Position numbers and translations under genes: made by a program
DNA from: Nanoarchaeum equitans Kin4-M
GTDB taxonomy: Archaea; Nanobdellota; Nanobdellia; Nanobdellales; Nanoarchaeaceae
Direction: 5' to 3'
NCBI GenBank assembly: GCA_000008085.1
Contig: AE017199.1
Coordinates: 458,886-490,885 of the forward strand
Length of the DNA: 32,000 nt
In this document: in pieces, positions 9,729 to 19,204 of the stretch
Position numbering within the stretch: the first letter of the stretch is position 1
How the letters are laid out: each line of letters begins with the position of its first letter
Notes under the pieces: generated by a model
Told to the model about the DNA's origin: nothing
The model's input: the letters and a program-made list of their open reading frames with translations, nothing else
Databases searched by the model: none

Positions 9729-10490
9729 ATGCGCTATCTTGGCAAAAAGAGAGTTATTTTATATGATTTATCTACTGAATCGGGTAAATTTTATGTTAAT
9801 GGGCTAGTTTTACACAATACCGATTCATTATTCATTTCTGGGGACAAAGACAAAGTATTAGAATTTTTAGAGAAAGTAAATAAAGAATTACCCGGTAAAA
9901 TACAATTAGATTTAGAAGATTTCTATGTTAGAGGGATATTCGTAAAAAAGAGGGGTGAACAAAAGGGGGCAAAAAAGAAATATGCTTTATTAAGCGAACA
10001 AGGTTACATAAAGCTAAGGGGCTTCGAAGCAGTAAGAACAGACTGGGCTCCCATAGTTAAAGAAGTCCAAACAAAGCTATTGGAAATTTTGCTAAAAGAA
10101 GGTAACATAGAAAAAGCAAGACAATACATAAAAGAAATTATTAGAAAGCTAAGAAATAGAGAAATACCATGGGAGAAGCTTTTAATTACAGAAACGATAA
10201 GAAAGCCTTTAGAAAAATACAAAGTTGAAGCTCCTCATGTGGCAGCAGCAAAAAAATATAAAAGGTTGGGCTATAAAGTTATGCCTGGCTTTAGAGTTAG
10301 ATATTTAGTGGTAGGTAGCACTGGAAGGGTTTCAGATAGAATTAAAATAGACAAAGAAGTTAGGGGTAATGAATATGACCCCGAATACTACATAGAAAAA
10401 CAACTATTGCCTGCAGTAGAGCAAATATTAGAATCTGTAGGTATTAAAGACACATTCACAGGCAAAAAACTAACAGATTTCTTTAAATGA
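9729..10490 (+). CDS. Family B DNA polymerase, C-terminal fragment preceded by a split-intein C-terminal half
   Basis: First 30 aa MRYLGKKRVILYDLSTESGKFYVNGLVLHN end in intein-terminal HN, followed by TDSLF (remainder of YGDTDS motif C) and a PolB thumb-like C terminus. Confidence 0.95.
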   Translation: MRYLGKKRVILYDLSTESGKFYVNGLVLHNTDSLFISGDKDKVLEFLEKVNKELPGKIQLDLEDFYVRGIFVKKRGEQKGAKKKYALLSEQGYIKLRGFEAVRTDWAPIVKEVQTKLLEILLKEGNIEKARQYIKEIIRKLRNREIPWEKLLITETIRKPLEKYKVEAPHVAAAKKYKRLGYKVMPGFRVRYLVVGSTGRVSDRIKIDKEVRGNEYDPEYYIEKQLLPAVEQILESVGIKDTFTGKKLTDFFK

Positions 10491-10888
10491 ACAGGAAAGA
10501 TCATTTCCTATTAACATTACCTTGGGCTTACATATTTTTTAGGCTAAAATATACTAAAATACAAGCAATAATTTTAGCTATTTTATGTGCTTATTTGACA
10601 TTTTTGCCAGATCTTGATTTGGTTTTAGGAATAAAGCATAGAACTATAACCCATTCCTTGTTAATAGTGTTATTATTTTTTATTCTATATTATTTAACCA
10701 AATTTTTCTTCTTTGAAGTATTAGCCTTAGCTTTCCTTTTCCATATAATAGAGGATTCCTTTACTAGTATGGGCATAAAATTGTATCCATTAAATTATAG
10801 AATTAGATTGGGTAAAACCGGTTATTGGATTAATGTAGCATCAATAATTTCTTTATTATTGTTCATATGGCTCGCTTTAAACTATTGA
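10487..10888 (+). CDS. Membrane-bound metal-dependent hydrolase, YdjM/DUF457-like
   Basis: Multiple TM helices with FLPDLDLVLGIKHRTITHSLL. Confidence 0.65.
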   Translation: MNRKDHFLLTLPWAYIFFRLKYTKIQAIILAILCAYLTFLPDLDLVLGIKHRTITHSLLIVLLFFILYYLTKFFFFEVLALAFLFHIIEDSFTSMGIKLYPLNYRIRLGKTGYWINVASIISLLLFIWLALNY

Positions 10889-10902
10889 TTATATAATAAA
10901 AA

Positions 10903-11874
10903 ATGCTCGAAATATGGGAAAAACTAATAATCCCGATAATAGTTTCTTTTGCTATTATTATATTGCTAGATAAATTCTTTTTCAAAGACGATAAAGCTTT
11001 TATCTTGCTTAGAAAGAACCTATACTTAGGTTTCTTCATTGGAACTATATATGCGGTACTGTATTTCTTTAACCTAAAAATTTTGGGTGATTTGGTTGCT
11101 ATAATTTATGCAGCAAAGCTTTTGGATAATATTATAGTTATATATATTAGAAGGATTGTTGGGGAATTTTTCAAAACAAAAGAAACAGAATTCGCTATAA
11201 TTTTGATTGCAAGAACATTCCTATGGCTTACCGCAGTACATATGGTTTTATCTTCTTTTGGAATAGATATTGCCCCATTATTGACTTCTTTGGGTATAGG
11301 TTCTATAGTTATAGGTTTGGCTTTGCAAAGCACACTATCTAATTTCTTTTCGGGAATGGCAATCGCTAGTGAAGGTATTTTAAAAGAAGGAGATATAATT
11401 GAATTGCCCGAATTAGGAATTAGGGGCACTATAATAGATATAACTTGGAGAGGAGTACATATTAAAACCATAAGTGATACTATCGCTATTATACCCTTCA
11501 ATTACATAAACAACAATATAATAATAAACAAAACGAAGCATTGGCCTTGGTATTGGGGTAGAATAAATTTCGGTATATCTTATTATAGTGATTTAGATAA
11601 AGCTAAACAATTAATAAGAACAATCCTAAAAGAAAAAGGTTTAGAAGGAGATGTAAGGTTTACTAATTTTGGCGATAACAATATAGAAGGAGTAATCTTT
11701 TTCAAAGTTTATAATATTTTAGATGAATTAAAATATAAAGACGAATTAATTAGAGAAATAAAAAGGCGCTTCGATAGGGAAGGCATAGAAATAAGTTTCC
11801 CGAACAGGAATATCTATTTAAGACCAGAAGGCCTAGACAAAGTTTTAGACATTATAAAACGGGGTTTGCAATAG
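10903..11874 (+). CDS. MscS-family mechanosensitive channel
   Basis: SLGIGSIVIGLALQSTLSNFFSGMAI... EGDIIELPELGIRGTIIDITWRGVHIKT... IIPFNYINNNIIIN. Confidence 0.92.
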   Translation: MLEIWEKLIIPIIVSFAIIILLDKFFFKDDKAFILLRKNLYLGFFIGTIYAVLYFFNLKILGDLVAIIYAAKLLDNIIVIYIRRIVGEFFKTKETEFAIILIARTFLWLTAVHMVLSSFGIDIAPLLTSLGIGSIVIGLALQSTLSNFFSGMAIASEGILKEGDIIELPELGIRGTIIDITWRGVHIKTISDTIAIIPFNYINNNIIINKTKHWPWYWGRINFGISYYSDLDKAKQLIRTILKEKGLEGDVRFTNFGDNNIEGVIFFKVYNILDELKYKDELIREIKRRFDREGIEISFPNRNIYLRPEGLDKVLDIIKRGLQ

Positions 11875-12259
11875 GTATAGATAATTCTTTTGCTTTTTCT
11901 AATATTTGTTGCCTTTTCCTTTTACCTACAGCATGGTGTATAACTGCTATTTCTCCTTCTTTTATTTTTGTTAGTTCTTCAACATTATGTATAATAACTG
12001 GTTTTAATCCATTTGGTAATAGGCCTCTAACTTTTCTAGGAGACCTATAACCTGGTTCTGGGGGCCTTGGTTTACCTTTCATTTTAAGCCTAAATTTATT
12101 GTCCCTACCATGGCCCCATCTCCATTTTGGATCATTTCTGAAAGCTTTTTTCCTATACCAGTTGGTTCTTAAAAATTCAGGTTTCTTTCTTTTTAGTTTT
12201 CTTCTAATCTTTAGATAATGGCCCATTCCTTTAGGTTTAATTATTAGTTTAAAAATCAA
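11852..12259 (-). CDS. rpl32e: Ribosomal protein L32e
   Basis: KPEFLRTNWYRKKAFRNDPKWRWGHGRDNKFRLKMKGKPRPPEPGYRSPRKVRGLLPNG; true start may be the internal MGHYL. Confidence 0.93.
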   Translation of the reverse strand: MIFKLIIKPKGMGHYLKIRRKLKRKKPEFLRTNWYRKKAFRNDPKWRWGHGRDNKFRLKMKGKPRPPEPGYRSPRKVRGLLPNGLKPVIIHNVEELTKIKEGEIAVIHHAVGKRKRQQILEKAKELSIPIANPVL

Positions 12260-12318
12260 ATCTTTTTACTACTAGATAGTGGTAATTGCGTCTTTTCAAA
12301 TATCTCTTATTGACCTAA

Positions 12319-12401
12319 AGCCGCCGTGCCCGAGCGGTCAAGGGGCCTGCCTGCTAAGCAGGTCCCCGTATGGGGGCGGGGGTTCGAATCCCCCCGGCGG
12401 C
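12319..12401 (+). tRNA. tRNA-Ser (GCU)
   Basis: Acceptor GCCGCCG/CGGCGGC, anticodon arm CCTGC-CTGCTAA-GCAGG, long variable arm, T-loop TTCGAAT, discriminator G. Confidence 0.97.
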
Positions 12402-12435
12402 GCTAAAGCTTTAAATGTTTTATAATAATCTCTCT

Positions 12436-12507
12436 GGGCCCGTAGTCTAGGGGTATGACGCCGCCCTGACGAGGCGGAGGTCCGGGGTTCGAATCCCCGC
12501 GGGCCCA
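12436..12507 (+). tRNA. tRNA-Val (GAC)
   Basis: Acceptor GGGCCCG/CGGGCCC, anticodon arm CCGCC-CTGACGA-GGCGG, T-loop TTCGAAT, discriminator A. Confidence 0.96.
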
Positions 12508-12564
12508 TGTATTCACTAAACCAGAAAAACATTCCATTTAAAATAACTTATTTTAAAGAGTAAT

Positions 12565-12846
12565 GTGGATATAAGGAATTTAGAAAAAAGAATTAGGCTA
12601 TTAGAAGAAAGGCTATCAATTATTGAACAACTAATTGAATCACTAAATTCTCAATTGGTTGAGCTGTCGAAAAATATAAAATATAAATTGTACACAACAG
12701 AAAACGATTTAGAAACAATTAAAAGAAAAATTGATTTAATAGAGAAAAGGATAAAAATTTTAGAGCAAGAAATGAATTTTGTTGCTACAAAAGAGGAATT
12801 AAAGGCTTTAGAAAAAGAAATTGAATACCTCAAGCTAATAAAATGA
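12565..12846 (+). CDS. Small coiled-coil protein
   Basis: 93 aa, heptad-rich throughout; stop overlaps the next start (ATGATAG). Confidence 0.7.
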   Translation: MDIRNLEKRIRLLEERLSIIEQLIESLNSQLVELSKNIKYKLYTTENDLETIKRKIDLIEKRIKILEQEMNFVATKEELKALEKEIEYLKLIK

Positions 12847-13187
12847 TAGAGCTATTGTTGTATGGATTATTCTATATTTTGGGTATATTTCTCATTTCAT
12901 TTTTCGCTTCCCATTCATATAGCGCTTTGAATTACCCAATAGAGAAGCAAATTATTCATACTATTGAGATTTTAGATAAACTAAATAACAATAGCACGGT
13001 TTCTATAAGATACAATAATGTAAATGTGAAGATTACATGTGGAACTAATATTGTTTACATTGGTAACTCTATAATAGTGCCATCTAAAAGATTGTCATGC
13101 GATTGTGATAAGCCCCCATACAATGTTGAAATAACATTAAAAGATGGCCAGATAACTATAAAATGCGAGCCATTAATGAAGAAGTAA
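12843..13187 (+). CDS. Small N-terminally anchored exported protein, possibly pilin-like
   Basis: One N-terminal TM followed by a beta-rich, Cys-containing region; ATGA-type overlap with upstream ORF. Confidence 0.65.
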   Translation: MIELLLYGLFYILGIFLISFFASHSYSALNYPIEKQIIHTIEILDKLNNNSTVSIRYNNVNVKITCGTNIVYIGNSIIVPSKRLSCDCDKPPYNVEITLKDGQITIKCEPLMKK

Positions 13188-13318
13188 TGGCTATAATGAT
13201 AATTTTAGTTTTATTAACAATTACGGTTTTGTTTTTGACAGTAACTCCAATATATTCAAATGCACAAATAGAAAAAGCCATAGATATAGTTAAAAAAGAC
13301 ATACATTTATTACAATGA
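13163..13318 (+). CDS. 51-aa small membrane protein, possibly pilin-like
   Basis: Hand translation: MRAINEEVMAIMIILVLLTITVLFLTVTPIYSNAQIEKAIDIVKKDIHLLQ*; overlaps both neighbours; not in supplied track (below size cut-off). Confidence 0.6.
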   Translation: MRAINEEVMAIMIILVLLTITVLFLTVTPIYSNAQIEKAIDIVKKDIHLLQ

Positions 13319-13542
13319 GAGCGGGTATAGCTGATGCAACTATAGCAGTAATCTTAGCTTTAATATTAACTATGATGTCATTCACTTTTGGAATGCTCTA
13401 TTCAATAAAAGGCAAAATTCTTTGTGAATACCAAAATACTAAGATAGAAGATTTCCCAAAAGGGCCGTGTTGCTATCCTATATACTATTTTGAGAATGGA
13501 AACGTGTTAAAAAAATATGTATGTCAAGAACAAAGTGAATAA
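13315..13542 (+). CDS. 75-aa small membrane protein with Cys-containing exported tail
   Basis: MRAGIADATIAVILALILTMMSFTFGMLYSIKG...CCYPIYYF; ATGA overlap with the preceding ORF. Confidence 0.65.
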   Translation: MRAGIADATIAVILALILTMMSFTFGMLYSIKGKILCEYQNTKIEDFPKGPCCYPIYYFENGNVLKKYVCQEQSE

Positions 13543-13619
13543 AGCAAAAATAAGGATAACTAAACAAAATAAAAGTAATACTGCTTGAAAGCATTTAAAT
13601 GATAGTGTTCTAAAATAAT

Positions 13620-14063
13620 ATGCAGGTCTCCTTAACACCAGTATCAAAGAAAGACATACATTTATTAGAAACAGTTTTGTTAGTTAAAACCATATTCAGA
13701 CCAGATGTAATAGAGATGATAAAAGACCCAGCAGAGAGAGTAACATGGTTAGACTCTTTAGCTGTTGCAGCTGGGGCATTTGCTAGAAGGCAAGCAGGCA
13801 TGTCTATTCCAGAAATAGCAGAAGAACTTGGAAGAAGTGAAGCAACAATTAGAAAACATTTGAACCAAGAGACAAAAGCTGGTAAATTAGTTGCAGAAAC
13901 ATTAGAAGAGCTAAGAAAGGCCGGAGGTAAAGTAGAGTTCGAAGTTATAGATGCATTAGAATACAAAGCTAAAGTAAGCAAAGTCAAAGAAGAGCTATCC
14001 AAAGCTTTAGAAGAAGTTAAAGACGCTTTAAACAAAATCGAAGACGCTTTAAATTCTCTATAA
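13620..14063 (+). CDS. HTH DNA-binding regulatory protein with C-terminal coiled coil
   Basis: MSIPEIAEELGRSEATIRKHLNQETKAGKLVAETLEEL is a clear HTH; C-terminal heptads. Confidence 0.8.
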   Translation: MQVSLTPVSKKDIHLLETVLLVKTIFRPDVIEMIKDPAERVTWLDSLAVAAGAFARRQAGMSIPEIAEELGRSEATIRKHLNQETKAGKLVAETLEELRKAGGKVEFEVIDALEYKAKVSKVKEELSKALEEVKDALNKIEDALNSL

Positions 14064-14105
14064 ATTAGATAGAGAATATCCTATTATCGATTTTTATAAA
14101 TTATT

Positions 14106-15320
14106 ATGTCTCTCTATTTAATGCAAATCAAAGGTTGGGTCCATAAAGTTAGAGATTTAGGTAAAATAAAGTTCCTCTTAATTAGGGACGGTTATAAAAT
14201 AATGCAAGCTGTAATAAAGAAGGGGGAGTCTCCTGATTATTTATTGGATTTAGACATACCAATAGAGAGTGCTGTAGAAATAGAAGGTGAAGAAAGGGAG
14301 ACCAACGGCAAAAAAGAGATATTAGTAAAAGATTTAAAGATATTAGCAAAAGCAGAACCATTGCCTATAGATCCTAAAAAAGCTACTCCTAAAAAAAGGT
14401 TTGACTATAGAATTATAGATCTAAAATTGCCAGAAAGACAAACCTTATTTAGATTAAGGGCCAAAGTACAAAAATTCTTTAGAGATTGGTTTATGGAAAA
14501 TGGTTTTGTCGAAATAAATACTCCTAAAATAGTTATCATAGGAGCAGAAAGCGGAGCAGAGGTGTTCCCAGTATTGTATTTTGGGAAAGAGGCTTATTTA
14601 ACACAATCTCCCCAATTGTATAAACAAATGATGGTTTCGGTATTTCCAAAGGTATTCGAAATTGCTTTCGCTTATAGGGCAGAGCCATCGAGGACTTCAA
14701 GACATTTAGCAGAATTCACTTCTGTAGATGCTGAAATGGGATTTATAAAAGATGAATATGATGTTATTAATACAATAAAGAAAATGTTAATCGATGTTAG
14801 TGAAAAGGCGATGCAAACAAAAGAATTTGAAGAATTAGCCAAACCCATAGATTTGGGTTTTGAGATTATTACTTTTGATGAAGCAAAAGAAATAGTAAAA
14901 GGCAATCCCAATGAAGATTTAACAACAGAAGAAGAGAGAAAATTAGGAGAACATTTTATGGAAGAGGGGGTAAGCTTTGTAGCAGTAACCAAATACCCAT
15001 GGAGTGAAAGGCCATTTTATACTATGCGATTAGATGATAACCCATCTTATACAAGAGGTTTTGATATTATATTTAGAGGGCTAGAAATAATAAGTGGGGC
15101 ACAAAGAGAGCATCGCTATGAAAAGTTATTAGAAAACATAAAAGAAAAAGGAATAGATCCAAACAAGTTAGAATATTATTTAATGGCTTTCAAATATGGT
15201 ATGCCCCCTCATGGGGGATTTGGATTGGGATTAGAGAGGTATTTAAGACAATTATTAGGATTAGACGATGTTAGGGAAGTAATACTCTTTTATAGAGACA
15301 TAGATAGGTTATTGCCGTGA
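14106..15320 (+). CDS. aspS: Aspartyl-tRNA synthetase
   Basis: Class II signatures: AYLTQSPQLYKQMM, FRAE-like YRAEPSRTSRHLAEFTSVDAEM, GFGLGLERYLRQLLGLDDVRE. Confidence 0.92.
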   Translation: MSLYLMQIKGWVHKVRDLGKIKFLLIRDGYKIMQAVIKKGESPDYLLDLDIPIESAVEIEGEERETNGKKEILVKDLKILAKAEPLPIDPKKATPKKRFDYRIIDLKLPERQTLFRLRAKVQKFFRDWFMENGFVEINTPKIVIIGAESGAEVFPVLYFGKEAYLTQSPQLYKQMMVSVFPKVFEIAFAYRAEPSRTSRHLAEFTSVDAEMGFIKDEYDVINTIKKMLIDVSEKAMQTKEFEELAKPIDLGFEIITFDEAKEIVKGNPNEDLTTEEERKLGEHFMEEGVSFVAVTKYPWSERPFYTMRLDDNPSYTRGFDIIFRGLEIISGAQREHRYEKLLENIKEKGIDPNKLEYYLMAFKYGMPPHGGFGLGLERYLRQLLGLDDVREVILFYRDIDRLLP

Positions 15321-16315
15321 CAAAATATATAGAATACAAGGGGTTTAAAATTAAAGAGCGCTTTGTAAAGCATTATGAAAAAATTGTTGATGATATAGAT
15401 TTGTTCTTAGATTGGAGTTTAAGACCATTAAAAAAAGCTATTAGGGTTAACACATTGAAATTAAAAGATGATATAGGTAATTTAAACAAAGAAAACCCAT
15501 TTCCAAAACTAATAAGCGCCAAAGAGATACTAAAATCTTTAGAAGAAGAAGGGTGGGAGATAGAACCAATTCCTTTCTATAAATATGGTTTTTGGGTTAG
15601 ACATGAAAGCGAATCCATTGGAAATACATGGCAATTCCAAATGGGCTATATATATTCCCAAGAAGCAGCATCGATGATACCACCCTTGGCTTTAGATTTG
15701 GAAGAAAACCTATTAATATTAGATATGGCCGCTGCTCCTGGCTCTAAAACAACACAAATAGCAATGCATACTCAAAATAATTCCTATATAATAGCTAACG
15801 ACATTTCTTTAGATAGAATCTCTGCTTTGGCAGAAAATGTTCAAAGAACAGGCTCTTTAGTTACTATTACAATGCAAGATGGCAGGAATTTTAAAAAATA
15901 TAAAAATACTTTTGATAGAATATTATTAGATGCGCCTTGCTCCGGGGTAGGAGCATTAAGAAAATCGTACAAAACCTTACAAATGTGGAATCCTAATATG
16001 ATAGAGAGACTATCTAAATTGCAAAGACAACTAATCCAAGCAGCATTCGAAGCTTTAAAACCAAATGGTATTTTAGTTTATTCCACATGCACATTAGAGC
16101 CTTTGGAAAATGAATTTGTTGTAAATTGGCTATTAGAAAGGTACGAAAATGCCAAAATAGAACCAATAAGAATAGAAAACCTAAAATCGAGCGAACCAAT
16201 ATTAGAATGGGAGAACTATAAATTTTTCGATGATATTAAATATACATTAAGAATTTACCCTTGGGACAATGATACAGAAGGCTTTTATATTGCGAAAATA
16301 AGAAAATTGGAATGA
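15317..16315 (+). CDS. NOL1/NOP2/Sun family RNA m5C methyltransferase
   Basis: LDMAAAPGSKTTQIA, LLDAPCSGVGALRK, LVYSTCTLEPLENE. Confidence 0.95.
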   Translation: MTKYIEYKGFKIKERFVKHYEKIVDDIDLFLDWSLRPLKKAIRVNTLKLKDDIGNLNKENPFPKLISAKEILKSLEEEGWEIEPIPFYKYGFWVRHESESIGNTWQFQMGYIYSQEAASMIPPLALDLEENLLILDMAAAPGSKTTQIAMHTQNNSYIIANDISLDRISALAENVQRTGSLVTITMQDGRNFKKYKNTFDRILLDAPCSGVGALRKSYKTLQMWNPNMIERLSKLQRQLIQAAFEALKPNGILVYSTCTLEPLENEFVVNWLLERYENAKIEPIRIENLKSSEPILEWENYKFFDDIKYTLRIYPWDNDTEGFYIAKIRKLE

Positions 16316-17175
16316 TCCTATACAATGATGTTTTCCTAAAACATGATTGTCCCCATATAGAAAACAAAAATAGGGTTTTGGCCATTAAAAAAGCTTTAAT
16401 TGATTTGGGTATAAAATATTATTCTCCCCAAATTGAAGAAGACCCTATAAAATATATAGAAAAGGCCCATGATAAACAATACATCGAAATGATAAAATCT
16501 CTAATTGATATGGCAAAAGAGATGGGTTGTATTTATATAGATGGTGATACTTATCTATCTAAAGATAGCTGGGATCCTATTTTGTATGCTGTATATTATT
16601 CGGTTTATGCAGTAAATAATGATTTTTTATTTGCTGTAGTAAGACCGCCAGGGCACCATGCGGGTAAATATGGTAAAGCTAATGCAATTAGCCAAGGTTT
16701 TTGCATTTTTAACAATGCAGCAATTGCAGCTTTAAACTATAAAGGAAGGGTAGCAATAGTAGATATAGATTTACATCATGGCAATGGTACAGAAGATATA
16801 GTTAAGCATAACAAAAACATTAGATATTACAGCATTTACGCTAAAGACATATACCCATTACCCGATAATAAAAGTTATGACAACATATATAAATATCCAT
16901 TACCCATAGATGCCACAAACGAGGATTGGATTTCTAGTTTTGATTTGTTATTGGCTAACCTAATAGAATGGGACCCCGATAAAGTAATTGTAAGCCTCGG
17001 CTTCGATGCGCATAAAGACGATCCATTGTCGGTATTTAGAACAGATTATACCATATATAAATACGCTTTCCAAAAATTGGCTCAATTTAATCCTACATAT
17101 ATATTAGAAGGGGGTTATAACTACGATGTTTTATATAATGGTACAAAATTACTAATAAAATTTAGTCGCTCCTAG
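16312..17175 (+). CDS. Histone deacetylase/acetylpolyamine amidohydrolase family protein
   Basis: RPPGHHAG, GFCIFNNAAIAAL, VAIVDIDLHHGNGTEDI, SLGFDAHKDDP. Confidence 0.93.
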   Translation: MILYNDVFLKHDCPHIENKNRVLAIKKALIDLGIKYYSPQIEEDPIKYIEKAHDKQYIEMIKSLIDMAKEMGCIYIDGDTYLSKDSWDPILYAVYYSVYAVNNDFLFAVVRPPGHHAGKYGKANAISQGFCIFNNAAIAALNYKGRVAIVDIDLHHGNGTEDIVKHNKNIRYYSIYAKDIYPLPDNKSYDNIYKYPLPIDATNEDWISSFDLLLANLIEWDPDKVIVSLGFDAHKDDPLSVFRTDYTIYKYAFQKLAQFNPTYILEGGYNYDVLYNGTKLLIKFSRS

Positions 17176-17926
17176 GCGCCAATATGAATATTAATGTCAT
17201 TTTATCCAAATATCTATACTCTAGCCATAATGGATAGTCTGTTTTTAGCTTTAATATCGCTATATCGCTTACATCTGCTGCTTTTGCGAATTTTTTGAGA
17301 TAATCTATAGAATAGCTCGCATACGCTTCCTCTTGTATGTCTATTGATACTACTGCATCTTCTCCCTCTGTTAACTCTACAGTCATCTCCTTCATTTCAC
17401 CTTCTGCTTTGATTATTAACTTAGATGGGGGTTCTGCTTTGAATTTTAGTGAATCAGCTATCGCTGAGGCATCATCTATAATTTCTTTTATAGCTTTAGA
17501 ATCAAGCTCTACCACATTATTGTATTCTAATGAAGGTATTGGTGTTTCGGTTTCTTCTCCCTCTAATAATGGAATAGAAAAAGTCTTTTTTATTGTACCT
17601 CTTGCCAAAATTTTTAGCTTGTTTTTCTCTCTATCTGTTTCCCAAACAACCATCTCTCTTTGTTTTAATTTTTTAACTATAGTTTTCAAATCATCCATAC
17701 TTACAGTTATAATCTCTTTGTCTCCCTCTATAGTATAATCGATAAACGCCTCGGGTTTCATTTCCCATATAACCATAGCTATGCTAGCGGGATCCATAGC
17801 TACTAATTTAATACCTTCTTCTGTGGCAACAAATTGGCCTTCGCTAATTAAATCTGCTACAATTGGAACTATTTTCTTTAATGCCTTCGCATCTGGAAAG
17901 GTTACTCTCATATTTAGATTATGCAA
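17162..17926 (-). CDS. pcn: DNA polymerase sliding clamp (PCNA)
   Basis: FPDAKALKKIVPIVADLISEG..., PLLEGEE, PLWLEYR.LDKMTLIFILAPR. Confidence 0.95.
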   Translation of the reverse strand: MHNLNMRVTFPDAKALKKIVPIVADLISEGQFVATEEGIKLVAMDPASIAMVIWEMKPEAFIDYTIEGDKEIITVSMDDLKTIVKKLKQREMVVWETDREKNKLKILARGTIKKTFSIPLLEGEETETPIPSLEYNNVVELDSKAIKEIIDDASAIADSLKFKAEPPSKLIIKAEGEMKEMTVELTEGEDAVVSIDIQEEAYASYSIDYLKKFAKAADVSDIAILKLKTDYPLWLEYRYLDKMTLIFILAPRSD

Positions 17927-17959
17927 TAAAGTTTATAAAGGTTTTTTGATAAAGCTTAT

Positions 17960-18043
17960 GCGGCCGTGCCCGAGCGGACAAAGGGGCCAGGTTGAGGTCC
18001 TGGTGGGGTAGTCCCTGCCGGGGTTCGAATCCCCGCGGCCGCA
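17960..18043 (+). tRNA. tRNA-Leu (GAG)
   Basis: Acceptor GCGGCCG/CGGCCGC, anticodon arm CCAGG-TTGAGGT-CCTGG, long variable arm, T-loop TTCGAAT, discriminator A. Confidence 0.96.
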
Positions 18044-18673
18044 CTATTTGTTTTCTAAAAGTTTTTCCAACTCTTTCGCGGCTTTATCTTTTAATGCTAA
18101 ACCCAAGGCAACTCCAAAAGCTATAGATAGGGAAACAAAAAACGCTGCTACCGCTATGGTTATTATTTGATATATTAAATCTATTCCTTGTAAGTTTAAT
18201 TGTTTCAATGCAGAAACAATACCTATAAACAATATAACCAAATAACCACCTTCCCCTAACATAGCCAAAGAGGGGCTACCGCTTTCTTGGGCTTTGGTTT
18301 TTATATAATAACCAGCTAAATAGAAAATCAATAAAATTAATGCTGCAGCAATCACATTGCCAACAAAAGATAATAGCATACCTAATACTGGTATCAAAGC
18401 TTGTAAATTAAATACCCCTGCTGCGGCTGTTAATATATAGAAAAAGGCATACCACCTCGCTGCAATGGCTAATATTTCACTTAATTTATATCTACCTAAT
18501 GCTTTAGATATTTCCAATTCTTTCGCTATATCGTCTATTCCTAACGATTCTAAGAATAGTCTTACGGCTTTCTCTATTATGTGTTTAGAAACCAAATATG
18601 CAACCACTATAACAGACATTGTTACTACAAAACCGATTAAAACTTGTTTTGCAAATTCTAACCATGGGTTCAT
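18044..18673 (-). CDS. Membrane protein with conserved TM-helix repeats (mechanosensitive channel-like)
   Basis: Repeated amphipathic/TM helices, VLGMLLSFVGNVIAAALILLIFYLAGYYI. Confidence 0.65.
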   Translation of the reverse strand: MNPWLEFAKQVLIGFVVTMSVIVVAYLVSKHIIEKAVRLFLESLGIDDIAKELEISKALGRYKLSEILAIAARWYAFFYILTAAAGVFNLQALIPVLGMLLSFVGNVIAAALILLIFYLAGYYIKTKAQESGSPSLAMLGEGGYLVILFIGIVSALKQLNLQGIDLIYQIITIAVAAFFVSLSIAFGVALGLALKDKAAKELEKLLENK

Positions 18674-18676
18674 CTT

Positions 18677-19204
18677 TTGCTATCTAATAAATATTTAAAA
18701 GATTTTATTTTTAACAACCAAATGATATGGATAGTTAAAACTGCTGGAGGAAAAGAAGAAATAGTTGCAGATTTAATAGAGGCAAAAGCTAAAAAGCTGG
18801 GTGCGAATGTATATTCTATAGTTATTGCCCCAGGAATTAAAGGTTATATTTTTGTGGAGGCAGACAAATATGATACTGTAAATGAATTAGTCCACGATAT
18901 AAAACATGTTAGAAAAGTTTTGCCTAAACCCATAGAAGTTAAAGACATAGAAAAATTCATAAAAGCAGAGCCATTGGTAACAAAAGTAAATGTTGGCGAC
19001 ATCGTAGAAGTAATAGCTGGCCCATTGAAGGGCTCTAGAGGGAAGGTAGTAGCATTCAATGAAAATACAGGAGAGGTAACAATAGAAACATTAGATTCGG
19101 TAATACCTTTGCCTGTTACAGTATCTATTCATGATATAAAATTAGTTGAGCCCAGCAAAGAAGAGAAGAAAGAAGAAGTCGAAGAGTTTTTGTTTTTCGA
19201 ATAG
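18677..19204 (+). CDS. spt5: Transcription elongation factor Spt5 (NusG-like, KOW)
   Basis: IWIVKTAGGKEE..., NGN-like region and VNVGDIVEVIAGPLKGSRGKVVAFNENTGEVTIE KOW; real start probably MIWIVKTAG. Confidence 0.93.
   Translation: MLSNKYLKDFIFNNQMIWIVKTAGGKEEIVADLIEAKAKKLGANVYSIVIAPGIKGYIFVEADKYDTVNELVHDIKHVRKVLPKPIEVKDIEKFIKAEPLVTKVNVGDIVEVIAGPLKGSRGKVVAFNENTGEVTIETLDSVIPLPVTVSIHDIKLVEPSKEEKKEEVEEFLFFE

Noticed and set aside
12338-12532. 64-aa minus-strand ORF MFFWFSEYMGPRGFEPRTSASS...
   Set aside because: Antisense translation of the tRNA-Ser and tRNA-Val genes, a common artefact.
17781-18011. 76-aa plus-strand ORF overlapping the PCNA start and tRNA-Leu
   Set aside because: Antisense to PCNA and entering a tRNA; no protein-like features.
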